Assembly: GCA_027493955.1 (NCBI GenBank)
Contig: JAOSJT010000001.1
Location: 4,056,003 to 4,120,002 of the forward strand
Direction of reading: 5' to 3'
Source of the DNA: Bacteroidia bacterium
GTDB taxonomy: Bacteria > Bacteroidota > Ignavibacteria > SZUA-365
Length of the DNA stretch: 64,000 nt
Shown here: positions 1-8,528 of the stretch, in pieces
Layout: every line of letters starts with the position of its first letter
Numbering within the stretch: position 1 is the stretch's first letter
Notes under the pieces: generated by a model
Seen by the model: only the letters and a program-made list of their open reading frames with translations
Database searches by the model: none
Told to the model about the DNA's origin: nothing
Translations under genes and position numbers: made by a program

Positions 1-470
1 AGGAAGTGTCGCCCTTCGGAGCCCCACACTCACGTGTGGGGTTACAGGAAGTGTCGCCCTGCGGGCTCGGGATCCTGGGGCGCGTGGTGCGTGCCCGCTA
101 CATTCACGTGTGGAGTTGGAGGAAGTGTCGCCCTGCGGGCTCGGGATCCTGGGGCGCGTGGTGCGTGCCCGCTACACTCACGTGTGGGGTTAGAGGAAGT
201 GTCGCCCTGCGGGCTTGGGATCCTGGGACGCGTGGTGCGTGCCCGCTACACTCACGTGTGGAGTTGAAGGAAGTGTCGCCCTTCGGGCTCGGGATCCTGG
301 GGCGCGTGGTGCGTGCCCGCCAGATTCACGTGCGGGGTTAGAGGAAGTGTCGTCAGCTTCAGGCTGAGCTTGGGAGCCGGGAGCGCGTAATGTGTATTCC
401 CACACTCGCTGTCGGGTTCAAGGAGGTGTCGCTCCGAAACTCGAACCTGTACCCTTTGCCTCTCACCCTT
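1..470. repeat. Tandem array of a 74-bp structured repeat (at least 5 units, cut by the window edge, last units degenerate)
   Basis: GGAAGTGTCG recurs at 47, 121, 195, 269 and 343 (period 74). Units are hairpin-rich, e.g. CCCCACAC-TCAC-GTGTGGGG at 22-41, with a CACGTG core in every unit. Whole units repeat, so there are no unique spacers. Confidence 0.9.
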
Positions 471-501
471 TCCTTTCCTTGCGTGATGAAGTTCCCGGCG
501 T

Positions 502-891
502 CTAGTCGAGCCGAAACTTGATCGGGACGACTACACGCGCTTTGACTGCGGCGCCGTTGATCCTGCCCGGAGTGAACGTTACGCGCTTTACCGCGGTGAC
601 GGCGGCGTCGTCGAGGAGCTTGTTGTCGCTTTTCAAAGTTTCCGCGGCATCAACCTTGCCGTCCTTCCCGATGTATGCCGTGACGAATACCATGCCGGTG
701 ATGTTTTTTTCCTTCGCTTCCTTCGGGTACACGACTTCTTTCGCGAGGGCTTTGAGCCCACCGACAATTTCGGGATTCTCGGTGAGTTCCTCGGCGTACG
801 TGGCTTTCTGCTCGTCGGTGAGCTGCTGCGCGATGAGGGATGGCGCGAGGAAAAGGGAGAGCAGAAACAGTGGGAGTATGAGCGTTTTCAT
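502..891 (-). CDS. Secreted TonB C-terminal domain protein
   Basis: 129 aa with an N-terminal signal peptide (MKTLILPLFLLSLFLAPSLIAQ). The C-terminus has a TonB_C-like pattern (EIVGGL...YPKEAKEKNITGMVFV...PIKFRLD). It is paralogous to the C-terminus of the adjacent BlaR1-like protein. Confidence 0.8.
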   Translation of the reverse strand: MKTLILPLFLLSLFLAPSLIAQQLTDEQKATYAEELTENPEIVGGLKALAKEVVYPKEAKEKNITGMVFVTAYIGKDGKVDAAETLKSDNKLLDDAAVTAVKRVTFTPGRINGAAVKARVVVPIKFRLD

Positions 892-946
892 GGTGGTATT
901 TGAATTAACGTGAATGATGTCGTTACTGGTTGAGGGAGTTCCGTTG

Positions 947-2269
947 TCAATGAAGTTTGAATTTGATGGGGATGGTCATTTTTGTCGGAGCGGTCACACC
1001 CTTGAACTCTGCTGGCTTGAATGTCAGTCCGCCCACGGCTTCCAGCGCGGCGGCATCGAGAAGTGGGTGGACGGATTTCTTGATTTGTATCTTCTTCACC
1101 GTGCCCTGAGCAGTGATATCCACATCGACGAGCACGAGTCCTTCGATTTTCTTGTCACGTGCCTCTTCGGGATAGGTGATCCTGTCCCGAAGAGTGTTGA
1201 GTCCACCGACTATCTCGGCATCTTTCCCGTAATTACCATTAACATAATCCGCGGAATCAGGTCCACCGTTCTCCCACAACGTCTCAGAGTACACCGGGTA
1301 TTTCACGTCAGCTTCTTTCGGTGAATCTTCCGAGCATTTCAGGGAAAGCGGCAGGATGGCAAGCGAAAGCACGGCTACGAGGAGGTACTGTTTCCATTTC
1401 ATCGCGGGTTTTTCCGGATTGTTGAAAAGCTGCATGATACGCCGGGCGAAACCCCTGCGCGTTTCGAAGAAGCAGGTACCGGTCTGGAACAGTCGCGCGG
1501 GCTGCTCGGCGACGAAGCTGAGCAGAATCCGACCGTATTGCTGCGGAAGAACCCCTGTGCGGCGCAGTGCCTCCTCATCGCAGATCTCCTCCCGATAGCG
1601 GAATATGCGCAGATTGAGCAGCCACACGAGGGGATTGAGAGCGTAGACGATCTGCACGATTGTTTGCAGCAGCACCACAAAGGCGTCTCCGCGGCGAAAG
1701 TGCGTGGCCTCGTGATTCAGCACGGCGAGAAGTGAGTCCCGCGGACCCGCCGCAATGTCGGGAGTGATGTAGATGCGTCGATGGAAAAAGCCAGCGGCCA
1801 GCGGCGTGGGGATGCTTTGGCTTACGAAAATCGGTGGAAATCCTTGAATATCGTCCTGCGCGAACACCCGCGCATCGGCGAGCATGCGGCGCATGGACAC
1901 CGCGCGCCAGACGGCGACGGTTGCCAGCACAAGGGAGGCGCCGATGATGATGAAGGTGAGCAGCATGTCGATGCTGATGCCCGCGGCTACGGACTGCCGC
2001 ATCGTCGGAGTAACCTCAACGGCCGCGAGAGTGAACACCTGCGTTGCGATCACATCTCCCACCGGAAGCGAAATCACCGGCGGCAGCATGGATTTGACCA
2101 GCGCGGTCATCCACAGCGCGTAGCGGAAACGCGGCGAGGCGTTGGGCAGCAGTGCGTCAATGGCCAGGATAAGCAGGACGAATATCCCGGTCTGAATTTG
2201 CATGGGGAGATACCAGGAGAGGAAAGCTCCGGCATGCTGCTGGAGGAAGCTCGCGGCTGCGTCGATCAT
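947..2269 (-). CDS. BlaR1/MecR1-type M56 peptidase signal transducer fused to a TonB C-terminal domain
   Basis: 440 aa with several N-terminal TM segments and the zinc motif HEATHFRRGD (HExxH). The C-terminal ~90 aa are TonB_C-like (EIVGGLNTLRDRITYPEEARDKKIEGLVLV...PIKFKLH). Its start overlaps the blaI-like stop by 4 nt. Confidence 0.85.
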   Translation of the reverse strand: MIDAAASFLQQHAGAFLSWYLPMQIQTGIFVLLILAIDALLPNASPRFRYALWMTALVKSMLPPVISLPVGDVIATQVFTLAAVEVTPTMRQSVAAGISIDMLLTFIIIGASLVLATVAVWRAVSMRRMLADARVFAQDDIQGFPPIFVSQSIPTPLAAGFFHRRIYITPDIAAGPRDSLLAVLNHEATHFRRGDAFVVLLQTIVQIVYALNPLVWLLNLRIFRYREEICDEEALRRTGVLPQQYGRILLSFVAEQPARLFQTGTCFFETRRGFARRIMQLFNNPEKPAMKWKQYLLVAVLSLAILPLSLKCSEDSPKEADVKYPVYSETLWENGGPDSADYVNGNYGKDAEIVGGLNTLRDRITYPEEARDKKIEGLVLVDVDITAQGTVKKIQIKKSVHPLLDAAALEAVGGLTFKPAEFKGVTAPTKMTIPIKFKLH

Positions 2270-2652
2270 AGCTCACGCTCCTTTTCATCGAGCAGGCGAC
2301 GGAGCGCGGCGATGTCGTCGTCGCTCAGGTTGTTGGAACTGACCAGAAACGAGGCCATGGCGCCGAAGGAGCCGCTGAACATGCGGCGCGCCACCGTATT
2401 CATAGATGCGTCGAGCACCGCATCACGCAGCACAGCCGGAGTGTATTTGATCACCATGCCGGCCTTCTTACGGCGGAGCACTCCCTTTTCGACGAGAATG
2501 TTCATCAGCGTCTGCACGGTGGTGTAAGCTTTTTCGTCGTTCGGGTAGGCGGCATCCATCACGTCGCGCACCGTCACCGCTTCGGGGTGCATCCAGACGG
2601 TATTCATGATGTCCCATTCCGCGGCGGAGAGTTCGAGTTTTTTCCTGGCCAT
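2266..2652 (-). CDS. BlaI/MecI/CopY family transcriptional repressor
   Basis: 128 aa. The winged-helix N-terminus (ELSAAEWDIMNTVW...VRDV...YTTVQTLMNILVEKGVL) is typical of the Penicillinase_R family. It is the first gene of an operon with the BlaR1-like gene. Confidence 0.85.
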   Translation of the reverse strand: MARKKLELSAAEWDIMNTVWMHPEAVTVRDVMDAAYPNDEKAYTTVQTLMNILVEKGVLRRKKAGMVIKYTPAVLRDAVLDASMNTVARRMFSGSFGAMASFLVSSNNLSDDDIAALRRLLDEKEREL

Positions 2653-2659
2653 GATGCAT

Positions 2660-2705
2660 CCTAAATGTTTAGGAGCAATCTACGAAAGTTTTAGGAGCTT
2701 GTCAA
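2660..2705 (-). promoter_or_regulatory. Putative promoter plus operator of the blaI-like operon
   Basis: Read on the minus strand: TTGACA (2700-2705), a 17-nt spacer, TAGATT (2677-2682), then the inverted repeat CCTAAA-nn-TTTAGG (2660-2673) between the -10 and the ATG. A second GTTTTAGGAGC copy lies at ~2689-2699. Confidence 0.35.
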
Positions 2706-3838
2706 GACCACAGAAAAAACAGAAAAAACAGAACACGCAGGAACGCAGGAACGCAGAACGCGCAGAAAAAACAGAATACGCAGAAAGGAAGAGATTCCCT
2801 CTGCGTCTTTGCGCCTTGGCGTCTTTGCGTTAATTCCCCTCCCCAGCGGAACGCAGAACACGCAGGAACGCAGGAACGCAGAACGCGCAGAAAAAACAGA
2901 ATTCGCAGAAAGGAAGAGATTCACTCTGCGTCTTTGCGCCTTGGCCTCTTTGCGTTAATTCCCCTCCCCAGCGGAACGCAGAACACGCAGGAACGCAGAA
3001 TTCGCAGAAAAAACAGAATACGCAGAAAGGAAGATATTCACTCTGCGGCTTTGCGCCTTGGCGTCTTTGCGTTAATTCCCCTCCCCAGCGGAACGCAGAA
3101 CACGCAGGAACGCAGAATTCGCAGAAAAAACAGAATACGCAGAAAGGAAGAGATTCACTCTGCGGCTTTGCGCCATGGCGTCTTTGCGTTAATTCCCCTC
3201 CCCAGCGGAACGCAGAATTCGCAGAAAAAACAGAATACGCAGAAAGGAAGAGATTCCCTCTGCGGCTTTGCGCCTTGGCGTCTTTGCGTTAATTCCCCTC
3301 CCCAGCGGAACGCAGAATACGCAGGAACGCAGAATTCGCAGAAAAAACAGAATACGCAGAAAGGAAGAGATTCACTCTGCGGCTTTGCGCCTTGGCGTCT
3401 TTGCGTTAATTCCCCTCCCCAGCGGAACGCAGAACACGCAGGAACGCAGAATTCGCAGAAAAAACAGAATACGCAGAAAGGAAGAGATTCACTCTGCGGC
3501 TTTGCGCCTTGGCCTCTTTGCGTTAATTCCCCTCCCCAGCGGAACGCAGAACACGCAGGAACGCAGGAACGCAGAACACGCAGAAAAAACAGAATTCGCA
3601 GAAATGAAGAGCTTCCCTCTGCGTTTTTGCGCCTTGGCGTCTTTGCGCCTTGGCGTCTTTGCGCCTTGGCGTCTTTGCGTTAATTCCCCTCCCCAGCGGA
3701 ACGCAGAATTCGCAGAAAAAACAGAAGACACAGAAACGCAGAACGCAGAATTCGCAGAAAAAACAGAAGACACAGAACGCAGAACGCAGAATTCGCAGAA
3801 AAAACAGAACACGCAAAAAAAAACTGAAGGCACAGAAG
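2706..3838. repeat. Tandem array of a ~117-bp repeat (about 8-9 units, some 100/124/157-bp variants)
   Basis: TTAATTCCCCTCCCCAGCGG recurs at ~2831, 2955, 3072, 3189, 3289, 3406, 3523 and 3680. Units are built from AACGCAGAA-type and GCGTCTTTGCG-type half-sites that can pair (e.g. CGCAGA...TCTGCG). Confidence 0.9.
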
Positions 3839-4001
3839 GTTAGATACTGCAAGGACTAGAGTGGACAGAAGGAACTGCATCTCTGTGCCAGATCTATGCG
3901 GCGCTGATGGCTGACGCGGATGACGCGGATTGTGGCGAATGGGATCGTCCGCTCCAATCCGCCTCAATCCGCGTACAGATTACGTGTTTCCGGCGCGAGC
4001 G

Positions 4002-5195
4002 TCAGAACGCTGAAACGAAGCCCACCGAAAGCTTGGGTTTCTCCAGTTCGATATCGTAGGTCACTTCACCCACAAGACGCAGGTTGCGCGCGAGGAGGTA
4101 GCCGGCGCTGGCGGTGGCGGTGTGATACAGGACAGCACCATCTTTTTGCTCGATGCGGTTGTACAGCGCGGCAAGATTCCAGGTCGATTTGTTGGCGTCC
4201 GGGAGATAGAGCAGTTCGACCATGATGCCGTTCATTTCCGTTTTCATCGTCGTGAGGCCACTTAAAGCGAGAGCGGGGATCGCGTCATCCGTGCGCATCA
4301 GATATTGTGCATTCAATTCCAGGTGGTCATTGCCGATGGTCAGATCCGGACCGAAGATCGTGACAGCGTTCGTGACCGTCTCCCCGTTGATGTTTCCTGT
4401 CGGCAGGGCCTCATCCGCAGTGTACAGGAATCCGCCGATGCGTACAGGCCCGAGACTTTGCGACGCTCTGAACGCAAACGCCTTGCCGTTGTCCACATCG
4501 AAGATCTTGTTTTCGGCATGGCCGATGCCGCTGCCGTTCAGCGCCTGCGCGGACAAATCGAGACCGAAATCGAGACCGTAGGTCATCATGATGCCGCGGT
4601 CATAGGTGAGAGTGGCGTGAGATGCGGAAGGACGCATCTTGTACACTTCATAATCTTCGAGCGTCAGACGCAATTCGCGCTTGAACAGCGGATCACATAC
4701 CTGAAACTGCCCGACCATGATATCAAGGTTCGAGTTGAAAATGTTGTTGAAGTGTACGTACGCATCTTCGAGCCCGGTGACCTCGCCGCGCTCGTTCATG
4801 TAGAAATACATGTAGTAACCGACATGCTCGCTTATCGGTCCACCGCTTAACAGCTTCACGCCATACGGCGATTGGAAGTCGAGCTTTCCGTGATCTCTGT
4901 CGGCCAGTTGCAGAAAGCCGTCGAAACGGATTGCGATCGGGAAAAAGCGATGGAGCAAGAGCATGTCGTCGCCGGCATCGACGTAGGTGCGCGCGGGAGG
5001 AGGGGCATCGGGGAGGTTAAAGGCATTGCCCGCGAAATCCTCGCCGTATTCCTTCAGCTTCGGAGCGACACTGTGGCAGGTGCTGCAGCTGATATTGTAT
5101 TTTCGGGCAAAGGCGGGTATGGCGGACGATTGATCGGGCAGCAGAAGCAGAACTCCAATGATGCAAAGGAGGATCGTTGTCGTGTGCAGTTTCAT
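4002..5195 (-). CDS. Putative Cyc2-like fused monoheme cytochrome c / outer-membrane beta-barrel porin
   Basis: I chose ATG 5195 (MKLHTTTILLCIIGVLLLL signal peptide), preceded by AAGGAG. There is a single CSTCH motif in the context IPAFARKYNISCSTCH right after the signal peptide. About 370 aa of beta-strand-like sequence follow, ending in ...GFVSAF (aromatic OMP C-terminus). Confidence 0.65.
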   Translation of the reverse strand: MKLHTTTILLCIIGVLLLLPDQSSAIPAFARKYNISCSTCHSVAPKLKEYGEDFAGNAFNLPDAPPPARTYVDAGDDMLLLHRFFPIAIRFDGFLQLADRDHGKLDFQSPYGVKLLSGGPISEHVGYYMYFYMNERGEVTGLEDAYVHFNNIFNSNLDIMVGQFQVCDPLFKRELRLTLEDYEVYKMRPSASHATLTYDRGIMMTYGLDFGLDLSAQALNGSGIGHAENKIFDVDNGKAFAFRASQSLGPVRIGGFLYTADEALPTGNINGETVTNAVTIFGPDLTIGNDHLELNAQYLMRTDDAIPALALSGLTTMKTEMNGIMVELLYLPDANKSTWNLAALYNRIEQKDGAVLYHTATASAGYLLARNLRLVGEVTYDIELEKPKLSVGFVSAF

Positions 5196-5282
5196 GGTGA
5201 CTCCTTGGTCAAGGTTCGTATTGTATAATCCGATCCGATACATGGAGAATTCGGACGGTACTCTCGCAGAGGCGTTGCAACG

Positions 5283-6647
5283 TCAGAAATCCACAGCTTC
5301 GAACCAGGTCTCCGTCCGGCTCACGAATTCCGGCGTCATCTCCTCATCGGGGACGCCAAGATAGTCGCCGACGGATTTGATAAGGCGACGGTAGCGCATT
5401 TCGGCGACGACGCGAACTTTGCCGAGCGGCAGCGTATCCGGAAGCTTCCAGGTGTAGGTTTCGATTTTCGTTTCGCGGGGACCGATGCGGTAATCGTAAC
5501 CGAGACGCGCGGTATTCCACTGCGCGATGGTCATGCGGTCCTGCGGATCGAAATACGCCATGCGGAAGACGCGATCACCTTCGTGCGGGAGGGCGTCGCG
5601 CGCGAGACCTTTAAAATCAGGCACGTCCATCATGTAGCCGATATCCTGAAATGCGGGCGCGTTGGATGAGATGGTAAATTCTTCGCCGTCGAAGCCTTTT
5701 TTATCGACAGGGAGATGATATACCTTCCCGGAAGCATCGGTGGCCGTAACCGTCAGCCAGAGCTGGCGCTCTTCGACGGATCCGCTGGGGATTTTATGAC
5801 CGGCCTTATGGTTGAAGGCGGCAACGGAAACGACGATGCGTTCGCCGGGTACGATCTCACGAGTATCGGGCCAGGCATTCAGCTCGATGGCGCCCGCAAG
5901 TTTCGCCGGCGTATGCGCGCCCATAAACAGATGCTGCGGAATGTCGCTCTGTACGGCGGAAACTTTGGAGACTCGTCCCGCAGCGCGCGGCATGTGACAA
6001 TCCTGGCAACGCACGCCTTCCTTACTGTACGGGCCCTCCTTCCATTCGAGCTGCGTGCTCTTTACCCAGACGCCGAAGGGATTTTTTTCGTTGTGACAGC
6101 TGCCGCACAGCTCGGTGGACATGGTGAAGGCGCTTTTGCGGGTTTCATGATGCGGGGAAATGACTCCCTCACGATTGCCGTATTTCACACGTCCGGGTTC
6201 GATGGTGAAACTGAAATTGAACGGCGGCTCCTCGCCCGATCCGGTGATGGTATGGCAGATGTCGCAAGAGACACTTTCATCGGCGCGCGAACCGGTGAAG
6301 GGTTTCGGCGGCGGTACATCGCCCGCGATAAAGGCCAGCGGAGCATGACAGCCGTTGCAGCCCTTCTGCACCGGATCGAATTTCGGGTCCTTTTTGCCGT
6401 GGGCGACGGCAAGTTTGAAATACTCTATCTCATCCCAGCTATGGGTATAGGCCTGTGACATCATCGCCTGCTCGTATTGACGAGAGAAATCGATATGACA
6501 GGATGCGCAGGCCTTCGGACGTTCGAAGTCGTCGTACGAGCCGCTCCCGAGCAGTGCGTCTCCGTACGGGCGTTGCTGGGAAGCAACGCGGGCAGAGGAG
6601 AAAAGTATGAACATGCAGAGCAGTACGGCGGTTGGGATGTGTTTCAT
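5283..6647 (-). CDS. Secreted multiheme c-type cytochrome (5 CXXCH motifs)
   Basis: Start taken at the internal ATG 6647 (MKHIPTAVLLCMFILFSSARVASQ signal peptide). Heme motifs are CASCH, CNGCH, CDICH, CGSCH and CQDCH. It lies 88 bp upstream of the Cyc2-like gene on the same strand. Confidence 0.85.
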   Translation of the reverse strand: MKHIPTAVLLCMFILFSSARVASQQRPYGDALLGSGSYDDFERPKACASCHIDFSRQYEQAMMSQAYTHSWDEIEYFKLAVAHGKKDPKFDPVQKGCNGCHAPLAFIAGDVPPPKPFTGSRADESVSCDICHTITGSGEEPPFNFSFTIEPGRVKYGNREGVISPHHETRKSAFTMSTELCGSCHNEKNPFGVWVKSTQLEWKEGPYSKEGVRCQDCHMPRAAGRVSKVSAVQSDIPQHLFMGAHTPAKLAGAIELNAWPDTREIVPGERIVVSVAAFNHKAGHKIPSGSVEERQLWLTVTATDASGKVYHLPVDKKGFDGEEFTISSNAPAFQDIGYMMDVPDFKGLARDALPHEGDRVFRMAYFDPQDRMTIAQWNTARLGYDYRIGPRETKIETYTWKLPDTLPLGKVRVVAEMRYRRLIKSVGDYLGVPDEEMTPEFVSRTETWFEAVDF

Positions 6648-6884
6648 GAGGTACTCCGTAAGATGTGGCCGCCGCGAAGGCGGAGGATATACCGATAGGA
6701 TAGTCCTGAATATGTACTTGCTAATGTACGACATCCTGATGAAAGATGCACGTGTCCGCTATGCGGCGCGAACGTCATGCAACACGAACATCAGAGTTCG
6801 CTGTTACCCGACTCATGAGCGCCCTTCGGCGGAGGTTGAGCGCAGCCGAAACCTCGCCCAGGGACCGCCCCTCAACAGAACCGA

Positions 6885-7757
6885 TCAGGGCAAGCGGTAG
6901 AGCCAGGCTTGCGTGGAGTATTTTTCTTCAATGAGTGTGAGGGCACTGCCAATTTCGGTCGGTGTAGCGACGGAGGGGTACGTGAGGTATTGTGCTGCGA
7001 AGGCGGCGGTGAGCGTATCGCGCAGCACGCCGTGTGGCAGGTCGGTAAAATCGCGGAGGGGAGACACTCGCTTGACCGCGCTGGCGACGCTTTTCTCATG
7101 CGTTCTGGGCGTATCCAGACGGAGGAGTTGCCACATCATCTCCCCGTCGAGCTCGTACGCCATGGTGGTATGATGCAGGACGGTACGGCGTCGCCTGCAT
7201 TGGGCGGCTCCGGCAATTTTTCCGGAAGGGGAAGCAATGTCATTGATGGGACGATAGGTGGCGGGGATGCCGAGCGAGCGCAATGCGCGCACGCACCACA
7301 TGTCGAGAAAGGCGAACGATTGGCGAAAACTCATTCCCTCGACGACGGCTTCTGGGACGATGAGCGACCAGGTGATGGTTTTTTCCGGCTCCACGACCAT
7401 AGCACCGCCGCCGCTCATGCGCCGTCCGAAGGAGAATCCGTGACGCCCTGCAACATCCGCGTCTATTTCCTCCGCGACGCTTTGATAGGAACCGAGAATG
7501 ACTGAGCGCTCGCTCCAGTCCCACATGCGGAACACCGCCTTGCGACTGCCGTCTGCGACGCTGAAGAGCAACGCTTCGTCGAGCGCGAGATTTTCCGCCG
7601 CGGCGCGCGGGGGTTCGATGATCAGGTCAAACTCCAGCGCGTCCAGGCGTACATTCAGTGCGTTGTCCCAGGACGTCTCGCTGTAATCAGTTTGCCAGGG
7701 GAGGAGCTTCATGGGCGGGGCGGGCTTTTCCGAGGCATGTGTGTGCGACATCCGCAT
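6885..7757 (-). CDS. Lipoate-protein ligase family protein (BPL/LPL catalytic domain)
   Basis: 290 aa with motifs ENLALDEALL, RMWDWSERSVILGSYQS and GRRMSGGGAMVVEP, typical of LplA-like ligases. The start codon is uncertain (alternative Met codons at 7751 and 7712). Confidence 0.7.
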   Translation of the reverse strand: MRMSHTHASEKPAPPMKLLPWQTDYSETSWDNALNVRLDALEFDLIIEPPRAAAENLALDEALLFSVADGSRKAVFRMWDWSERSVILGSYQSVAEEIDADVAGRHGFSFGRRMSGGGAMVVEPEKTITWSLIVPEAVVEGMSFRQSFAFLDMWCVRALRSLGIPATYRPINDIASPSGKIAGAAQCRRRRTVLHHTTMAYELDGEMMWQLLRLDTPRTHEKSVASAVKRVSPLRDFTDLPHGVLRDTLTAAFAAQYLTYPSVATPTEIGSALTLIEEKYSTQAWLYRLP

Positions 7758-7850
7758 CGCGTGTCATCCGGAAAAATCCATGCGGCAGGAGAACCGCTGC
7801 GCAGTCCTCGGAGTCGCGTTTTCACGCCGCGACAGGGGCTGGAGACGTTT

Positions 7851-8411
7851 CTACAAATAGGAGCCACCGGAAAGCGCGCTTCCGAGATCCGGAGGATTAT
7901 CCGCCGTGGCGGCGGGTACTATCCCGAGCAGGCGGGTGTAGACGGTGAGCTGTCCGCGATGGTACATCTCATGCTGAATTGCTTCCTGCAGAAGCGAAAA
8001 TCGCGTATCGCGGCTACCGTCGATACGGCGGACAAATTGCAACATATGCAGATCGCCGAGCTCGCGCAGACGCGCATCGGCGTCGCGGTACTGATCGACA
8101 AGAAGGTTGCCCAGTTTCTCATGCGTATCGCTGCGGGAGACGTTCGGTGCATACACATTGACGAGTTGCGCCATACTGACGCGATGCAGGTTCGTGTCGT
8201 CTCTGCAGAGTTCTTCGACGGTGATAATTGCGTACTCCAGCACATGATGCATGATTTCCGCGACGCTGCGCATTTCAAGAGTAGGACGAAATCCCAGCCG
8301 CGACGGCGGAATGACGTTCAGCTCGCGAATGAGCCCGCGGCGTATACCGAACCATTTATTCAGGATCTCTTGAAGCAGTGTGGAAGGGGATTCCATAAAA
8401 AGAAACTCCAC
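7851..8411 (-). CDS. DinB family protein
   Basis: 186 aa with a DinB-like His pattern (HHVLEY ... HEMYHRGQL), as in the DinB_2 four-helix-bundle family. Confidence 0.65.
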   Translation of the reverse strand: MEFLFMESPSTLLQEILNKWFGIRRGLIRELNVIPPSRLGFRPTLEMRSVAEIMHHVLEYAIITVEELCRDDTNLHRVSMAQLVNVYAPNVSRSDTHEKLGNLLVDQYRDADARLRELGDLHMLQFVRRIDGSRDTRFSLLQEAIQHEMYHRGQLTVYTRLLGIVPAATADNPPDLGSALSGGSYL

Positions 8412-8528
8412 TAAAAAAAAACTATTTGCAATGTACTATGCGCAAGTCGTATCGGAAATGGAGAATCGTCGCCCTGCGCATCTTCTGAGACCGAGCATAA
8501 AACAGACGCTCCGTCCAGGTTTTCAGCT

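Noticed and set aside
1-470. CRISPR array (regularly spaced conserved GGTTAGAGGAAGTGTCGCC segments). The same question applies to 12569-12943 and 39442-39848.
   Set aside because: The sequence between the conserved cores is itself repeated unit to unit, so there are no unique spacers. No cas genes are in the window. The 37-bp array has no spacers at all.
2934-3843. Long ORFs through the 117-bp array (2934..3683 +, 3268..3843 +, 3489..3852 -, 3680..3967 -). The same applies to ORFs through the other arrays (6..341, 12529..13140, 12536..12922).
   Set aside because: Several overlapping frames on both strands are open simultaneously. The peptides are low-complexity R/K/Q or G/P-rich periodic strings, with no start or RBS context. 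This is a compositional artefact of stop-poor repeats.
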